Made by a program: the position numbers and the translations under genes
The notes under the pieces: model-generated
Database searches by the model: none
The model's input: the letters and a program-made list of their open reading frames with translations, nothing else
Told to the model about the DNA's origin: nothing
Assembly (NCBI RefSeq): GCF_006345805.1
Contig: NC_043000.1
Span: forward strand, 104,160,001 to 104,224,000
DNA length: 64,000 nt
Reading direction: 5' to 3'
From: Octopus sinensis
Taxonomy: Eukaryota
Part shown: positions 11,993 through 25,500 of the stretch, piece by piece
Layout: each line of letters opens with the position of its first letter
Numbering within the stretch: position 1 is the first letter of the stretch

Positions 11993-12294
11993 CCTGAGAT
12001 AGATCTGGAGTGAAGGACGTCGTCGCAGATTACCTCCACGTAAAGCTACGGTGGGCCGGTCATGTCGCAAGGTTCACAGACAATCGTTGGACGCGTGCAG
12101 TTGTTGAATAGTACCCGTGTGGACGGAAGAGACCTCTCGGAAGACCTCCAATCAGGTGGAAAGATGATTTAAGAAAGACGTTTGAAATAACGTGGAGGAG
12201 AATGGCGACAGCACGAGGGGAATGGAGAAAATGTTGTAGCCAGGGAGCCGACTCGGCGCCAAACAGCCTGGCCGATCCAGGTGATCCAGGTGAT
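11993..12294 (+). mobile_element. 5'-truncated RTE-clade LINE 3' end
   Basis: RSGVKDVVADYLHVKLRWAGHVARFTDNRWTRAVVE*YPCGRKRPLGRPPIRWKDDL; tandem tail GATCCAGGT-GATCCAGGT-GAT. Confidence 0.85.
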
Positions 12295-12867
12295 TTGTTC
12301 TTCTAACCCTCCTAATACCAAATCCGTGTCTTGTTTCTGCTCCCAAACGAATATTACATGCTCTTGCATCCAGAATACAGCTACGCTTCTTGGACCCAAC
12401 CAGCGTCGCTTTCATGTCATTGACTATTTCACTTTCACCACTAAAAACATTATTTAAAACAGCGAGAAATTTCATTGAAGCAGTGAACCAGACGTACAAT
12501 GATAAAAAGAGTCGATTTTGCAATATATAGTGTATTCATGAAAACATCATAACAAAAGAAACACATGTGCGACAGAGTTGATAAGAATGATAGAAGTGTT
12601 TCGTTGAATAATAAATCAAAAGATTATTTTACAATTATTAAATAGTAAAAGGCAGAATATTTCTTTGAAAGAACACGCAGCGTTTGGCATAACTCATGAA
12701 AAACGGATTGCAAGAAGAAGTGCTAGCAGACACATACGATCGGCTAAGTTTGAAAAAACAAGATCTTATCAAAGAAATAGTCTTTTATCCAAAACTTCGA
12801 GCGCGCTTTGAATAAAGAGTTTGCAACAAAGAGACTTAAAATCAGAATTGCACAAACTTCAATTTCA

Positions 12868-13240
12868 TCTCTCTCTATATAAACGGCAGTTTGTCTGTGC
12901 GTTTTCTGTGTGTCTGTTTTCTCGTACCCTCACCCTGACCACGGCTTTCAACCGATTCTGATGAAACTTGACACACACATAGCCCAATGTCATAATTCAA
13001 AACTAACGCAGCGAAAATTTTGAAAAGTTCCCCCAGTTCTGAAAAAAATCGATAAATTCGACATGGGGTCGAGAATCAGAAACCCAAACCACAGACCGTC
13101 TAGGGGACGCAACTCCACCTTTTTTAACTCTGAAAAAAAATTTACCATCATTTTTTTTCTATTTTTTGGCTATAACTCTCTAAAAATGCTTTATAGTTAT
13201 TTCCCTTACAAACCTGAGCAACGCCGGGCGATACTGCTAG
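12868..13240 (+). mobile_element. Complete non-autonomous Helitron (373 bp)
   Basis: A|TC 5' end (TCTCTCTCTATATAAACGG), subterminal GAGCAACGCCGGG hairpin, 3' CTAG|T; no TSD. Confidence 0.8.
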
Positions 13241-13819
13241 TCTTGATATAAATTCAAGTTCTCGTAGCACTTCTGGAAAGTCATGTAAGAAGTGTCTTCT
13301 CAGCTACTTCCGTATTCGGTAAATGCAATGGAGAGCACTCACTATTTAGAGTAAAGCTATCTATTGGAAATTGAAGCTTCATAATATCTTATACCGAATT
13401 TTTCGTTGCCACTTTGTAGATGATTATGAAAAATGGTATATGAAATCCCATGTGTAGTGTGTAAACTTTACAATAGTTGAATAAGAAATGGATATATACT
13501 TGGCTTAACTCCGACATTCAATCAAATTAGTTGCGAAAACGTATTCACTAAGTTAACGAAGTAAAAATTTGATTACACTCCATAAATGAAACACTCGAAA
13601 TTTTTTTATGATAATGAGCATCGAAAAATTTACTTACATATAGATCATATAGATCAGTGGTTTTCAACCAGGGTTCCGCGGAACCTTCGGGTTTCGCCAA
13701 TACAGTCCAGGGGTTTCGTCAATACAGTCCAGGGGTTTCGCAAGAAGTTACATAAATGCTAAAATCGACAGTAATTTTTAATTATCCTGTGCAGATATCT
13801 ATGTACATGTTAGGCCTAC

Positions 13820-13985
13820 GTGTACATCTACGATTTGCACGCCAGCGTAGATGACCCGGATCCTTGGTGTGTATATGTAAGCTACGACGTGTACAACTAC
13901 GAGTTACTCACCAGCGTAGATGACCCTGATCCTTGGTGTGTACATGTACGTGCACATCTATGAGTTGCATGCCAGCTTAGATGAT
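13820..13985 (+). repeat. Subterminal tandem repeat (about 2.6 copies of 61-69 bp) in the hAT element
   Basis: ACGTGTACA.CTACGA...CCAGCGTAGATGACCC.GATCCTTGGTGTGTA recurs. Confidence 0.75.
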
Positions 13986-14362
13986 GGTTTAGTTTTCTTT
14001 TGTAAAATACGAGTGACTATATTTGGAAGAAACATTTTAACTGCGTAAGCCATTTAGGTGTTGTTGTTAATACGCCTTTTAAAAGATCTTTAGCTTTTTA
14101 AAAGGCGTTTTTGTAAAATCTTTTTCTTGTATGACGTCTGTTAATATTTGGTCAAGATTAAATGTCAAGATTAAAAAATTCGAAAGAGAGTTGAATTATG
14201 TAGAAAAAAAAAAAGAAATAGGGAAACTGATACTAAATTATAAAATATGTAAATATGCATAAATATTAATTTCTTACAAATTTCTGAATTAGATCAATGA
14301 ACAAATAAATGACATTTTAAATTCAAATCCGAAAATCTATTTTATTATTATATGCATATTGT

Positions 14363-14522
14363 TTGAGTGGCTGAGTGGTAAGTAGCTTGCTAACCAACCA
14401 CATGGTTCCGGGTTCAGTCCCACTGCGTGGCATCTTGGGCAAGTGTCTTCTGCTATAGCCCCGGGCCGACCAATGCCTTGTGAGTGGATTTGGTAGACGG
14501 AAACTGAAAGAAGCCTGTCGTA

Positions 14523-14575
<53 letters not shown>

Positions 14576-14779
14576 ATGTCTGTGTTTGTCCTCCTAGCAT
14601 TGCTTGACAACCGACGCTGGTGTGTTTACGTCCCTGTCACTTAGCGGTTCGGCAAAAGAGACCGATAGAATAAGTACTGGGCTTACAAAGAATAAGTCCC
14701 GGGGTCGATTTGCTCGACTAAAGGCGGTGCTCCAGCATGGCCGCAGTCAAATGACTGAAACAAGTAAAAGAAAAAAAAA
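14363..14779 (+). mobile_element. SINE family B, full length, nested in the hAT element
   Basis: Head + (TA)n(TG)n + 3' module ending GACTGAAACAAGTAAAAG-A tail. Confidence 0.88.
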
Positions 14780-16071
14780 TACCTTTTACTAAAAAACATT
14801 AATAAAAAAAGCTAAATTTTACATCATTAAACTCGTTACACTTTAATGATCATTTTGTCCTGCCACTATTAGGTTTGCTTTTATATATATATATACAATT
14901 CTGCTTACAGCCTTACAAGTATGGATAGATTTCCGAAAAAAAAAAAACTTAAGTTAGATACAGATGAAGAGACGCAGGGTCTGAGGCACTCTGTTGAAGC
15001 TGCAGCCACTGCCAGTGATGCTGCTTCGTCGAAATTACCAAGAAATGATGGAATTAACCCACAACTAAAAGTTCGTCAATATTGTGAAAACTACATAGCT
15101 CTGGGATTTACTTGGACTGGAAACCCAGACTGCTCTTCACCTTTGTGTACTGTTTCTGGGGAGAAGCTGGCTAATAGTGCTATGGCACCAGCCAAACTGA
15201 AACGACACTTAACGACTAAACATCCAGATTCGTCAGGCAAAAATGAACAATATTTTAAAAGAGAATTGGCATTTAATAAAAGGCAAGTTTCTATGTTTGC
15301 CAAAAAGTTCAAGTTGAGTGACAAAGGACAAGAAGCAAGTTATGCTGTGGCGGAGATAGTTGCAAGAAAAATGAAATTTCATACCATCGCTGAAACTGTA
15401 ATTTTACCTGCATGCCAGGAAATAGTGAGGATAATGTTTGGAGAGGATGCTGTATCAGAGCTAAATAAAATTCCACTTTCTGACAACATAATAAGTAGGC
15501 GCGTTCAAGACATGTCATGAGACATTGAGTGCAATATTAAGTCAAAAACACTGAAACATAAGTTGTTTGCACTTCGAGTTGATGAAAGTACAGACATCAC
15601 TGGTAAATCACAGCTCCTTGTATTTGTTCGTTTTACTAATGATGAAGCTATTGTAGAAGACGTCCTGCGTTGCAAAGAGTTGCCAGAAACAAGAAAAGGA
15701 TAAGATATATTTGATGTTTTAAATTCATATTTAGAGTATTGTGGATTGAACTGGAAAAACTGTGTTGGTATTTGTACAAATGGTGCCCCTGCAATGACAG
15801 GATGTCTTAAAGGCTTTGTACCAATCGCACAAAAACAAAATCCAAATATTATCCATACTCATTGTTTCATTCATAGAGAAGCACTAGTTGCTAAAAATCT
15901 TGGACCTGAACTAAAATCTGCATTGGATATGGTAGTGAAAATAGATAATTACTTCAAAATGAGGCCACTTAAATGTCGGCAGTTTGCGAAACTTTGTGTG
16001 GGTATGGAAGCAGTGGAATGTTTCCTTGGGGTTCCACTCCAGCAGAAAGATTGAAAAGCACTGATATAGAT

Positions 16072-16290
16072 GATCAGTTTATGAACTGTGCAGATCATGA
16101 ATTTATGACCTGTGTAGATCACAGTTTATGAACTGTAGAGATCAAGAATTTATGAACTGCACAGATTACGATATTATGGACTGTACAAATCATCAGTTCA
16201 CAAACCGTACAGATCGATAATTTATGGACCTTGAGGGTTACGAATTTATAGACCGTGCAGATTACCAGATTATGTGTCACAGATAATGGA
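16072..16290 (+). repeat. Degenerate 24-bp minisatellite, about 9 units
   Basis: Units such as GATCATGAATTTATGACCTGTGTA, GATCAAGAATTTATGAACTGCACA, GATTACGATATTATGGACTGTACA. Confidence 0.75.
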
Positions 16291-17539
16291 TAATGTCACA
16301 CATTTTAAGAAGGGAGTGTAGTCGTTGAAATCTATTTTCAGCACTTGACTCGCGTTTGTTTTTATCAAAAGGAAAGGGGAAAAAAGGCAGAATAGACTTC
16401 GGTGAGATTTGAATTCAGATCGTGATGAGACACAACTATGTGTAACGAATAGCTTCCTAAATTTTAAGCCAGGATCCAAAACCGAAACTACATTTTCCTA
16501 GAAGTTCTTTCCTATTGTTCAAGGCTTTTGCACTAAGAAACTCACGAGTGTCTATTGTTAACCTGCCTATTGTTAACCTTTCGCCTGAGACTTTGGCCAG
16601 GGCAAATAGGAAATAGAAAATTCTCTGTTTGTCATGACCTAATTTAGAAAATATATAAACACGAAACCCCAAATCGGTTCTCTCTCTTTAGTTGCTTGGT
16701 ACCTAGCCGAAGAACACTTCATGTATGGCCAGTCATCGCACTAAGTCGCAGCTTTCTCCTTCTCTACTTGTCTAAATTCTCTTACTTTATCTCTCTCCTT
16801 TTTCCATTTTCTTTTCTAGCAGCCAACAAAAGATAAAGTTAACTACCTAGAGAACGGATAACAGAACGGCAAATAATCTATGTATAACAACTCGAAGGGG
16901 TATCTTATATTGTAACGATGATAATAACAATAAAAGAGCCATTTCAGTTGATAATATTTTTTCCTCCTCTCATTTATCTGCTATATATCAGTCGTTATAT
17001 ATATATATCTGTATAATCTGTCCAGATTCTGTCATCCAATGTCTTTTAACATTGGTACGAGAAAAAAATGTGTGCAAAACGTGTTGCCCATTAAGTTAAA
17101 CCATAATACTTGAACGGTGTGTATATTATTTACCCTGCTCACACCATCTCAGCCCGAAGGGTTAATAACAAAATCAACTCCGGCGTGATTTATATACAGT
17201 TCGTAAAGAGACGTAGTTTAGAATTGCAAACTATTTTATCCGGCATCTTACTGATTCTGCTAATTAAAAATATTTTAAAAAAGACGAAAATAAATCCATG
17301 GCAACCTCAAGCAGGTTGCTAAGAAAAGGAAATGATGGCAGAAGGCAATTAGTTCTGTTGCATTGTCTTGTGTACATATGCAAGTACACGTGTGAAAAAT
17401 GTGTGTATGGGTGAGTGTGTGTGTAAAGGTGGGATAATATGCGCAGTAAAGTGGGTTTATGCGAGAGAATAGCAAGAGAGAAAGAGAGAGAGAAGGGGAG
17501 GGAAAAGGACGAGAGAGAAGTAGACTTGTGCATGTGTAC

Positions 17540-17806
17540 ATGTACATAATACATGCATGTATATATATACATATATATGTATACGCACACACACACACAC
17601 ACACACATACATATATATACATATATATACATATATATATTTATACATAGATACATATATATATTTATACATACATATATATCTATCTATATATACATAC
17701 ATATATATACATACATACATACATATATACATACATGCATACATACATACATACATACATACATACAAACAAACATACATACATACATATACAAACAACG
17801 CACATA

Positions 17807-17865
<59 letters not shown>
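17540..17865. repeat. Compound (CA)n/(TACA)n/(TA)n microsatellite
   Basis: Direct inspection. Confidence 0.95.
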
Positions 17866-17866
<1 letters not shown>

Positions 17867-18904
17867 TGCGTGCTCACGAGAAAACGTGTATGCATACGTA
17901 TGCATGTGAGTGCGCCATAACGTGTTAGTGTAAATTCCAATTTAAGATAGAATTAAATGCATCATTACCAGTCTTCTTTACAAAAGAAAGCTTACAAAAG
18001 CAGTAAAAAAAAACAAAACAGCAACAGCGCCGCAGTAGCGATAGAAACAGATGCGTCAGTATGGCAATGTTCCTGCTCGGAAGAAAAATCAGGCAAATGG
18101 AACAAATCAGTTAATATGGAAATATTGTTATTTTCCTGCATTTGATGGCCTTGAGACGTTCACTGACTTTCAGTGGTAGCATGAAAATAATAGAACCGTT
18201 CAAATCCTACACTTATTATAGAACGTTGGTTTCAAATTTTGGCACAAGGCCAGCAAATTGGGGGAGGTGTTAAGGTGATTACATCGACCCCAGTTCATCA
18301 CTGGTACTTATTTTATCAACCCCGAAAGGATGAAAGACAAAGTTGACCCCGCTGTACTCTTTCACCACAACTTTCTCTCACACTTTCTTCCTACTTCTGC
18401 CACTAAGGTGTGGTAAGCTTTCAGACCCTAGTCTAGATTGAGAATCCTCTGTACCCCAGGATGGTTCAGCTCTCCACTCGTTAAAAGCCACCGTTTACGG
18501 AATGAGGGTAACAACGTAGCTTTCGCGCCCATGCAACCGCCAGTCTATCGCGTGTGGTGGGTGGATCTTCAAGTTGCCGCACGCATTCTTAGTAGCTTAG
18601 AGTAGGCTCGAATTAGAGATTAATCTTTGTGACTAATGGCGTGAGTCCTGATTAGAAGAAGAAGACAACAAATAGAACAATAACAACAGTTTTTTTTTTA
18701 TATAATACAAACGTGTCATTCGAAAAAGATTCTTGATTGTCTATTGTGTCCGCTGACGTATACTCCAGTAATTTACGTTGCTATCACCTCCAAACTGAAT
18801 AATATTATCGGGAGGGTTGAAATTGCGATAATATTTTGGTCGACAGCTGACGAAGAGTAATGTTGTTTGCGTTTTGCGTTCCTCTCTGTGTATATATATA
18901 TATA

Positions 18905-19399
<495 letters not shown>

Positions 19400-19400
<1 letters not shown>

Positions 19401-20095
19401 GCTGGGTCTATCTTATTTCCAAACAATTCTCTCGGTCTTGCACATCTCTCTTTGTCAATTATAATTGCCTTGGTGTTTTCTGGATAATATTCCGTTGTTA
19501 GCTTCATTCTCACTACCGACTTCATTTTGGTTATTCTCTTTTCAATTTCCGTGTTTTTCGAATATGTCATCATATGCCATTTCTTTTTTTATTCCTTTTT
19601 TGTTACTTGTTTCTGCATTTCCACTTGATTTTCCACGTTGGCTTCCCTTGTTGATATTGTTGGTATCTCCTCCTGTGTCTCTTTCTGCTTATTTTCCTTC
19701 CTTTTCTTTAGTGGACTCTTTGGCGATGAGTCCATGCTTTCCTTCCTTTTCTTTTTTCTATTTACCACCGTATATTCCTCCTCCACCTTCTCCGGACACT
19801 TCTCACTCACTGGGGTCGCCACTTCGGCATTTTGCTCCTGCTTGTCACCCAGTTGCTGCCACCAGCCACATCTCCTCAATCTCCGGGGGCAGAAGTACCC
19901 ACTCTGGTGTCCTTAGCGCCACAGTGAAGTAGTTTATCGTGTCTTGTTCGCTCGCGAACCTTACCTCCACTGTGCCGTACTTTTTCCCTCTGGTATTGAA
20001 TATTGTAAGGCTTTTTACCTCCTTTAAACATTCCTGTATGGATTCCACCGTAGCTATTTCAATTCTTTTCGTTTCCGTGGACAGCGTTCTATATA
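19400..20095 (-). mobile_element. Decayed ORF1 of a Tx1/L1-like LINE (internally deleted)
   Basis: ORF pieces ECLKEVKSLTIFNTRGKKYGTVEVRFASE...PEWVLLP and Lys/Glu-rich EEEYTVVNRKKKRKES. Confidence 0.45.
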
Positions 20096-20099
20096 CTAA

Positions 20100-21309
20100 C
20101 TAGCAGCATAGCCCGGCGTTGCCCGTGTATGTAAGAAACTTTGTCGATAAGCAATGCCCTTTACCTTTTTACCCTTTTTTGTACTCATTGAACCGTTATT
20201 TTGTAAAATGAAGCCTAAAAGGCATTAAGGCATTGTTCCCTTGCATGCATGAAGAAAATCTATGACAGTCAAAGTGCATTTTCTGGTTTTGTTTAGCACA
20301 CCCAATCCAGTTCTGTGGGATCAGTGTCACGACGGGAACGCATGGGTTGGGAGTTTGACAGGCAGAGGTGATAAGGTTGCACATGCCGGCCCTTTTGGCA
20401 CCGCCCCCGCCCCTAACCCAAGTTGGGTTCGGACCACAGCTAAGCCCTACCTAATCCTAACTTAAGTCTAGCGAAAGGGGGCTCGGGAGCCTCTAGTAGG
20501 CAACGACTAATCCCGATCTAGTCCTTTCCCTCTAGGGAACGAAGGCGCATGTGTGCCTGAAATCCGCCAACTATTTAACAAAAGTCAGTTTTGTAGGGTT
20601 CGCATGGTCGGTCTCAAAGTGATATGGTTTTGTCTATTTCTCCCAATACTTGTTAAATGCATTGACAAAAGGTCGTTAGTTTGACATTTAATGCAAACTT
20701 GATGTCCAACATTGGTGTAGGAAAAATCTATGTGAACTTTCAAAAAATATTGCAGAAAAATCGGTTTGCTATGTGTGCCACATATGATGTAATAACGTAT
20801 CCTATTGGAATAAAAAGGGCCATATAGCTCCTTGGAGCAGACATGATGCTCGCTGTGAATTTCAAAAAAAATTCCTGCCAATTTGTTAAAAATATTGTCG
20901 AAAATATGTCATCTTGAATTTGAACGCGATTTCCCAAAATGGCATGATTTTATCGATTTTTTCTTATGGTAAGGCATTGCATGGAAAACTAACATCAGAA
21001 TTAAGTTCCTTAGGGTAACATTAAGCTTCACCATGAGTTTGGTGAAAATCGATTGCAAGTTGCGAAAACTACAACGGAAAATGTGTTGCATATGATAAGC
21101 TTAGATTCTCGACCCATGTCGAATTTATCGATTTTTTTCAGAACTGGGGGAACTTTTCAAAATTTTCGCTGCGTTAGTTTTGAATTATGACATTGGGCTA
21201 TGTGTGTGTCAAGTTTCATCAGAATCGGTTGAAAGCCGTGGTCAGGGTGAGGGTACAACCTGACAAACACACAGACAGACAGACAAACTGCCTTTTATAT
21301 ATAGAGAGA
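20100..21309 (-). mobile_element. Non-autonomous Helitron (1210 bp), same family as 12868-13240
   Basis: Minus strand A|TCTCTCTATATATAAAAGG...CGGGCAACGCCGGG...CTAG|T; first ~200 bp near-identical to the short copy. Confidence 0.8.
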
Positions 21310-22530
21310 TGTCAGCTTCGTCACACTAGCTGTGAATTCTTGTGGCGGGGTCAACCTCAAACTGGTTCCCTCATTTTCGATCAGTTTGTTAAACTCCTTT
21401 AGCTTCTTTTTCTCCATCTTCACCTGTCGAACCTGTAACATGTCTGCAGTTAAACTACTTCCAGTGGCTGAAGCATAGCTACCGGCTGGAAATGGTTCGC
21501 TTTCCATCCTTCCTTTTTTCACTACTTTACCCATAAATGCGGGAGAAAACAATTATATATTCACAGGCAATAAAAACAGCAACTAATAATTCAACGATTT
21601 AACAATGAGGTTCAACAATTAGGTTCACCCTTACGGGAGACCTTTAACAAATAATTAACAATGTGACTCACGTTTAACAGGGAAAAAAAAATGATTAAAC
21701 CAATTAGAAAAGAACACCTTTAGCTGCCTCGACATTTCGCTGAGTTCTTATTTATTGTAATCGGTTAGTCCACCTTCAATCACCTCCTCCCATAACGTCC
21801 CTTTTTGAAAATTTAGCTCTGCGCGGAGCTTCATATCTTTTGTGTTTAGGGTCTATTTCAAGTACTTCTGTTCGTTTTCTTTTTCTCGTATTTGAATGTG
21901 TAGTTTCCACAATTTGACGAGGTATTGGTACATCAAACGTATCATAAAAGACTTCTATCAGAATTTCGTTTCTTGTAACCGTTTCTTCAGTAAGCCTTTT
22001 TTTTAGTTGATTTATATGTCTCTTATGTTCATGGTTTTGGCCTTTTACCAAAAATAACACTTTCCCAATCTGTTTAGTCTTCCCACATTTCTTTACCGTT
22101 TTTATACATTTTAAAGAAAACTTTGTGACCAATTTTGAAAAATTTTATCTTATATTTGTTGTCTGATATTTTTCTTTTTCTTTTTTATCCGGTAGCAACT
22201 TGTCGAACACTGATCTAAACTTCCTAACGAACATTAATTTCGCAGGTTCACTTAACGATTCACATTACCTTGTGGTAGACAGTTTTTCTGAGTGACATGA
22301 AGTACAGTAAGTTTTTTACACGAATTGTTTGCCAGATATGGTATTCTTGATACCATTGTGTCTAAAAATGGAACTCAGTTTACTGTAGATGAGGTCAAGA
22401 AATTCTGTAAAATGTTCTCTATCAAACATGTGACAACTCCACCGTATCATCTTAGGTCAAATGGACAAGCGGAGCGTTTTGTCAATACATTTAAGAGGGC
22501 TTTAAAGAAAGCGAACAACGAAATAATGGA
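21310..22530 (-). mobile_element. Gypsy LTR-retrotransposon 3' relic (partial LTR, PPT, post-integrase tail, inverted integrase core)
   Basis: Minus ORF 21776-22132; purine tract then LTR start near 21797; + strand integrase FARYGILDTIVSKNGTQF...SNGQAERFVNTFKRALKK at 22325-22530. Confidence 0.8.
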
Positions 22531-25500
22531 TGACCTAGCACCATATAAGAATGGGAGTAAAGTTTATAATTTATGCACCGCCGAAAAGATACTTTTATTC
22601 GTGTGCTCGAAGCAATCAGATATCTATCCTAATTCAAAATCAGAAAACTGGTAAAATGTAGACACAAGCGAAAAGTCATCTGGAGACCTTCATCGGAACT
22701 GTCCTGAAAGGGCAATTAATCTAATTACCGCTCCTCGGTACCTAGATGATGTATATGCATGGTTGCAGACTCTACTACCACAGCACCGGACTTCACTCTC
22801 TTACACATGCTATTCACAACTTGAACATTCCATCTAATTGCCTCTCAAGTCTCAATTGTCCCATATGTCTTCTGTTGGTTCTACAACTGTCTAGTTAGCT
22901 ATAGAACGAACAGAATTATGGGACAATTATACTTCCACTATCAACCTAACTACTTGTCTGCATTCTATCTATCTTTCTGTCTGTTTGTCTATCTGTCTCT
23001 GGCATGCAGCAGCAACAGAGTGGTGTACAGTACGTCACGGTGAACATTTAGATAAAATTTTCTTTTTCTCAAAGACAAAAATACAATAAATCTTACTCAT
23101 TGTTGTTGTTCTTGCTATGAGCTAAACTTCCGACCGTATCCGGTGTGAAAATCTATGAAAACATCCCGCCAACGAGTTTCACCCATTTCTCGTCTTTTTG
23201 AACCGTAGTTCCCTATCACATCGCACCATTGTGCCATTTGTTGACGGAATTCTTTCTGCCACGTTTTCAATCAATTCTGGTCTACTCCTGGGTTCGGTTT
23301 TCCTCTCCAATCTTTCCATTCTATATATCAATGACCTACTTACAGCCAACAAGCCAACAATACTCACTCTTGTGCTTGTATCACAATATTCATTTCTTTC
23401 TAACTTTCCCCAGCCATGAACTATCCGCAATCAAACCAACACACAACAAGCCAAACCTGTATTGTTTGATTCTATAAACGAAAACATCGGAAGTATCCTC
23501 CAGCAAAAAATCTCGAGAACTACTCATATTAATTTTATATCCTGGAGCTGGATAAATAATTTAACGAAGCAGGGGGAAAGAAAGTATTCACATGACGTGT
23601 TCCTATTACTGTTACACGAGGTTAAACGCTCTCTGTCAACGGCCCAGTGAACAGCTTACCCTGAACTGTTGACAGTTCTTTATTTTATAATAGCAATGTA
23701 TCAGTTTACTTTCAGTCACTTGGGGTGATCGGAATCTTTCCACAACATCTCCCCTTCTTAGAATTAGTCTCCCCAAACTCCTTCCCCTTTGAGATTTAAA
23801 CTCCGCTCAGAGCTTTGATATCTCTTACGCTTAAGGTTCAATTCCAGTGGTTCCGTTCTTTTCCGTTTTCTGGCGCTAGAACGTGTAGTTTCAAATTGTT
23901 TGGGTGTCGGTACCTCAAGCGTGTCGTACAATATTACCATGGGGATTTCATTTCTCGTGTCTTTTTTCTGTGGATCTTTATTTAAGTTGGTTAATATGTC
24001 TTTTATGTTTGACATTTTCCCCTTTTGCCAGGAATAACATTCTTCCAACTTGTTTAATGATTTCACTATATTCCCAGCTTTCTATTTTCCATATTTTTAG
24101 GTTTAAAAAAAAACTTTGTTACCTCACTTGAAGAATTTTGAAGTATATTTGTGGTTCGCCTTTTTTCTATTTTCACTCGATATCAGGTTATCAAAGACGG
24201 ATCTGATCGTTTTAGCAAGCATAATTCTACGGGTGACATTCCAGACGATGTATTCGGATTAGGTGTTACTCGGTACACTCTTAAAAATTGTTGAAATGCA
24301 AGGTCGTCCATCAATTCATTGTTCACCTTTTTCAACGCTCTCTTGAAAGTGTCAACAAAAGGCTCACTTGTTCATTTGATCTTGGATGATACAGCGGAGT
24401 GGTGATATGTTCGATGACGAACATTTTACAAAATTTTCTGAACTCGTCTGAAGTAAATTGAGTTCCATTATCAAACACACTGATATCAGGAATACCATAT
24501 CTGGCGAACAATTCGTGTAAAAGACTTACTGGAACCGCAGATGTCGACTTTTTACACATATACACTTTAGGCTGAGTTGAAAAACTGTCCACTACAACAG
24601 TGTAATATGAACCCTTAAGTGGATCTACGTAATCATCATGCAGTCTGGACCATGGTATATCTGTTTTTTGGCCGCGGTTGCCTTTTAGCGGTAGGTGATT
24701 TTGCAACTAGGGCACACCCTCTACATACTTTCACTAATTCTTCAATGTCACGGTCCATTGTTGGCTGATATACATAACTTCTCATTAATGATTTCATCCT
24801 CGAAATCCCAGGGTGACCAATGTGAAATTCCTTTAGTAATCGCTTTTGTAGTGTGGCAGGCACTACGACTCTGTGCATACATCAACACACCGTCACACAT
24901 TGAGAATGAGCTCGCATTTGTGTTGCGCATATTTTTTTTTATCTCTTTTAGCCTTCATCATTTCTTTCATTTTTCTAATGAATTTATCCTTTTCCGATTT
25001 TAATTTTATGTCTTGTAATGTGACTGGCAGTTCACGCATGACGTTACACAAAACATTTCTAATTTCATTTTCCGCTCGCAACGCAGCAATCACAATATCT
25101 TCAAATGGTTCAGTGTTTTTTTTAAATCAGTCTTGATAAACAATCAGCGTGTCCTGATTTCTTAGGTGGTATAGACTCCATCATAAAATCACAGTTTAAT
25201 AATATAGCACCCCAGCGTTGCAACCTATTAGCAGTATGGGTAGGGGTTCCTTTCTTCGACCTATTTATATATAATAACGGACGATGATCAGTCTGTAGTC
25301 TCAAACTTCTACCATGTAAAAATTTATGAAATTTTTTTTACGGCAAAAATAATCACTAGAGCATCTTTTTCGATTTGGCTTTAATTCTTCTCTGCTGATG
25401 TCAGAGAACGTGAGGTATGAACCACCGCCTTTGTATTACCATCTTTAAACTTAAGTAACATTACTGCTCCTATACCGTACTCAGAGGCATCTGAAGCTAC

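Larger units (their letters stand above)
13655..16063 (+). mobile_element. hAT Buster/Charlie-type DNA transposon, internally deleted, with nested SINE
   Basis: TIRs CAGTGGTTTTCAACC / CAGTGCTTTTCAATC (13/15); perfect 8-bp TSD ATATAGAT (13647-13654, 16064-16071); disrupted transposase 14921-16054 with BED finger-like (PLCTVSGEKLANSAMAPAKLKRHLTTKH), VDESTD and HCFIHREAL motifs. Confidence 0.92.

Noticed and set aside
16072-16290. CRISPR-like regular spacing
   Set aside because: Contiguous degenerate units without unique spacers, eukaryotic context, no cas genes
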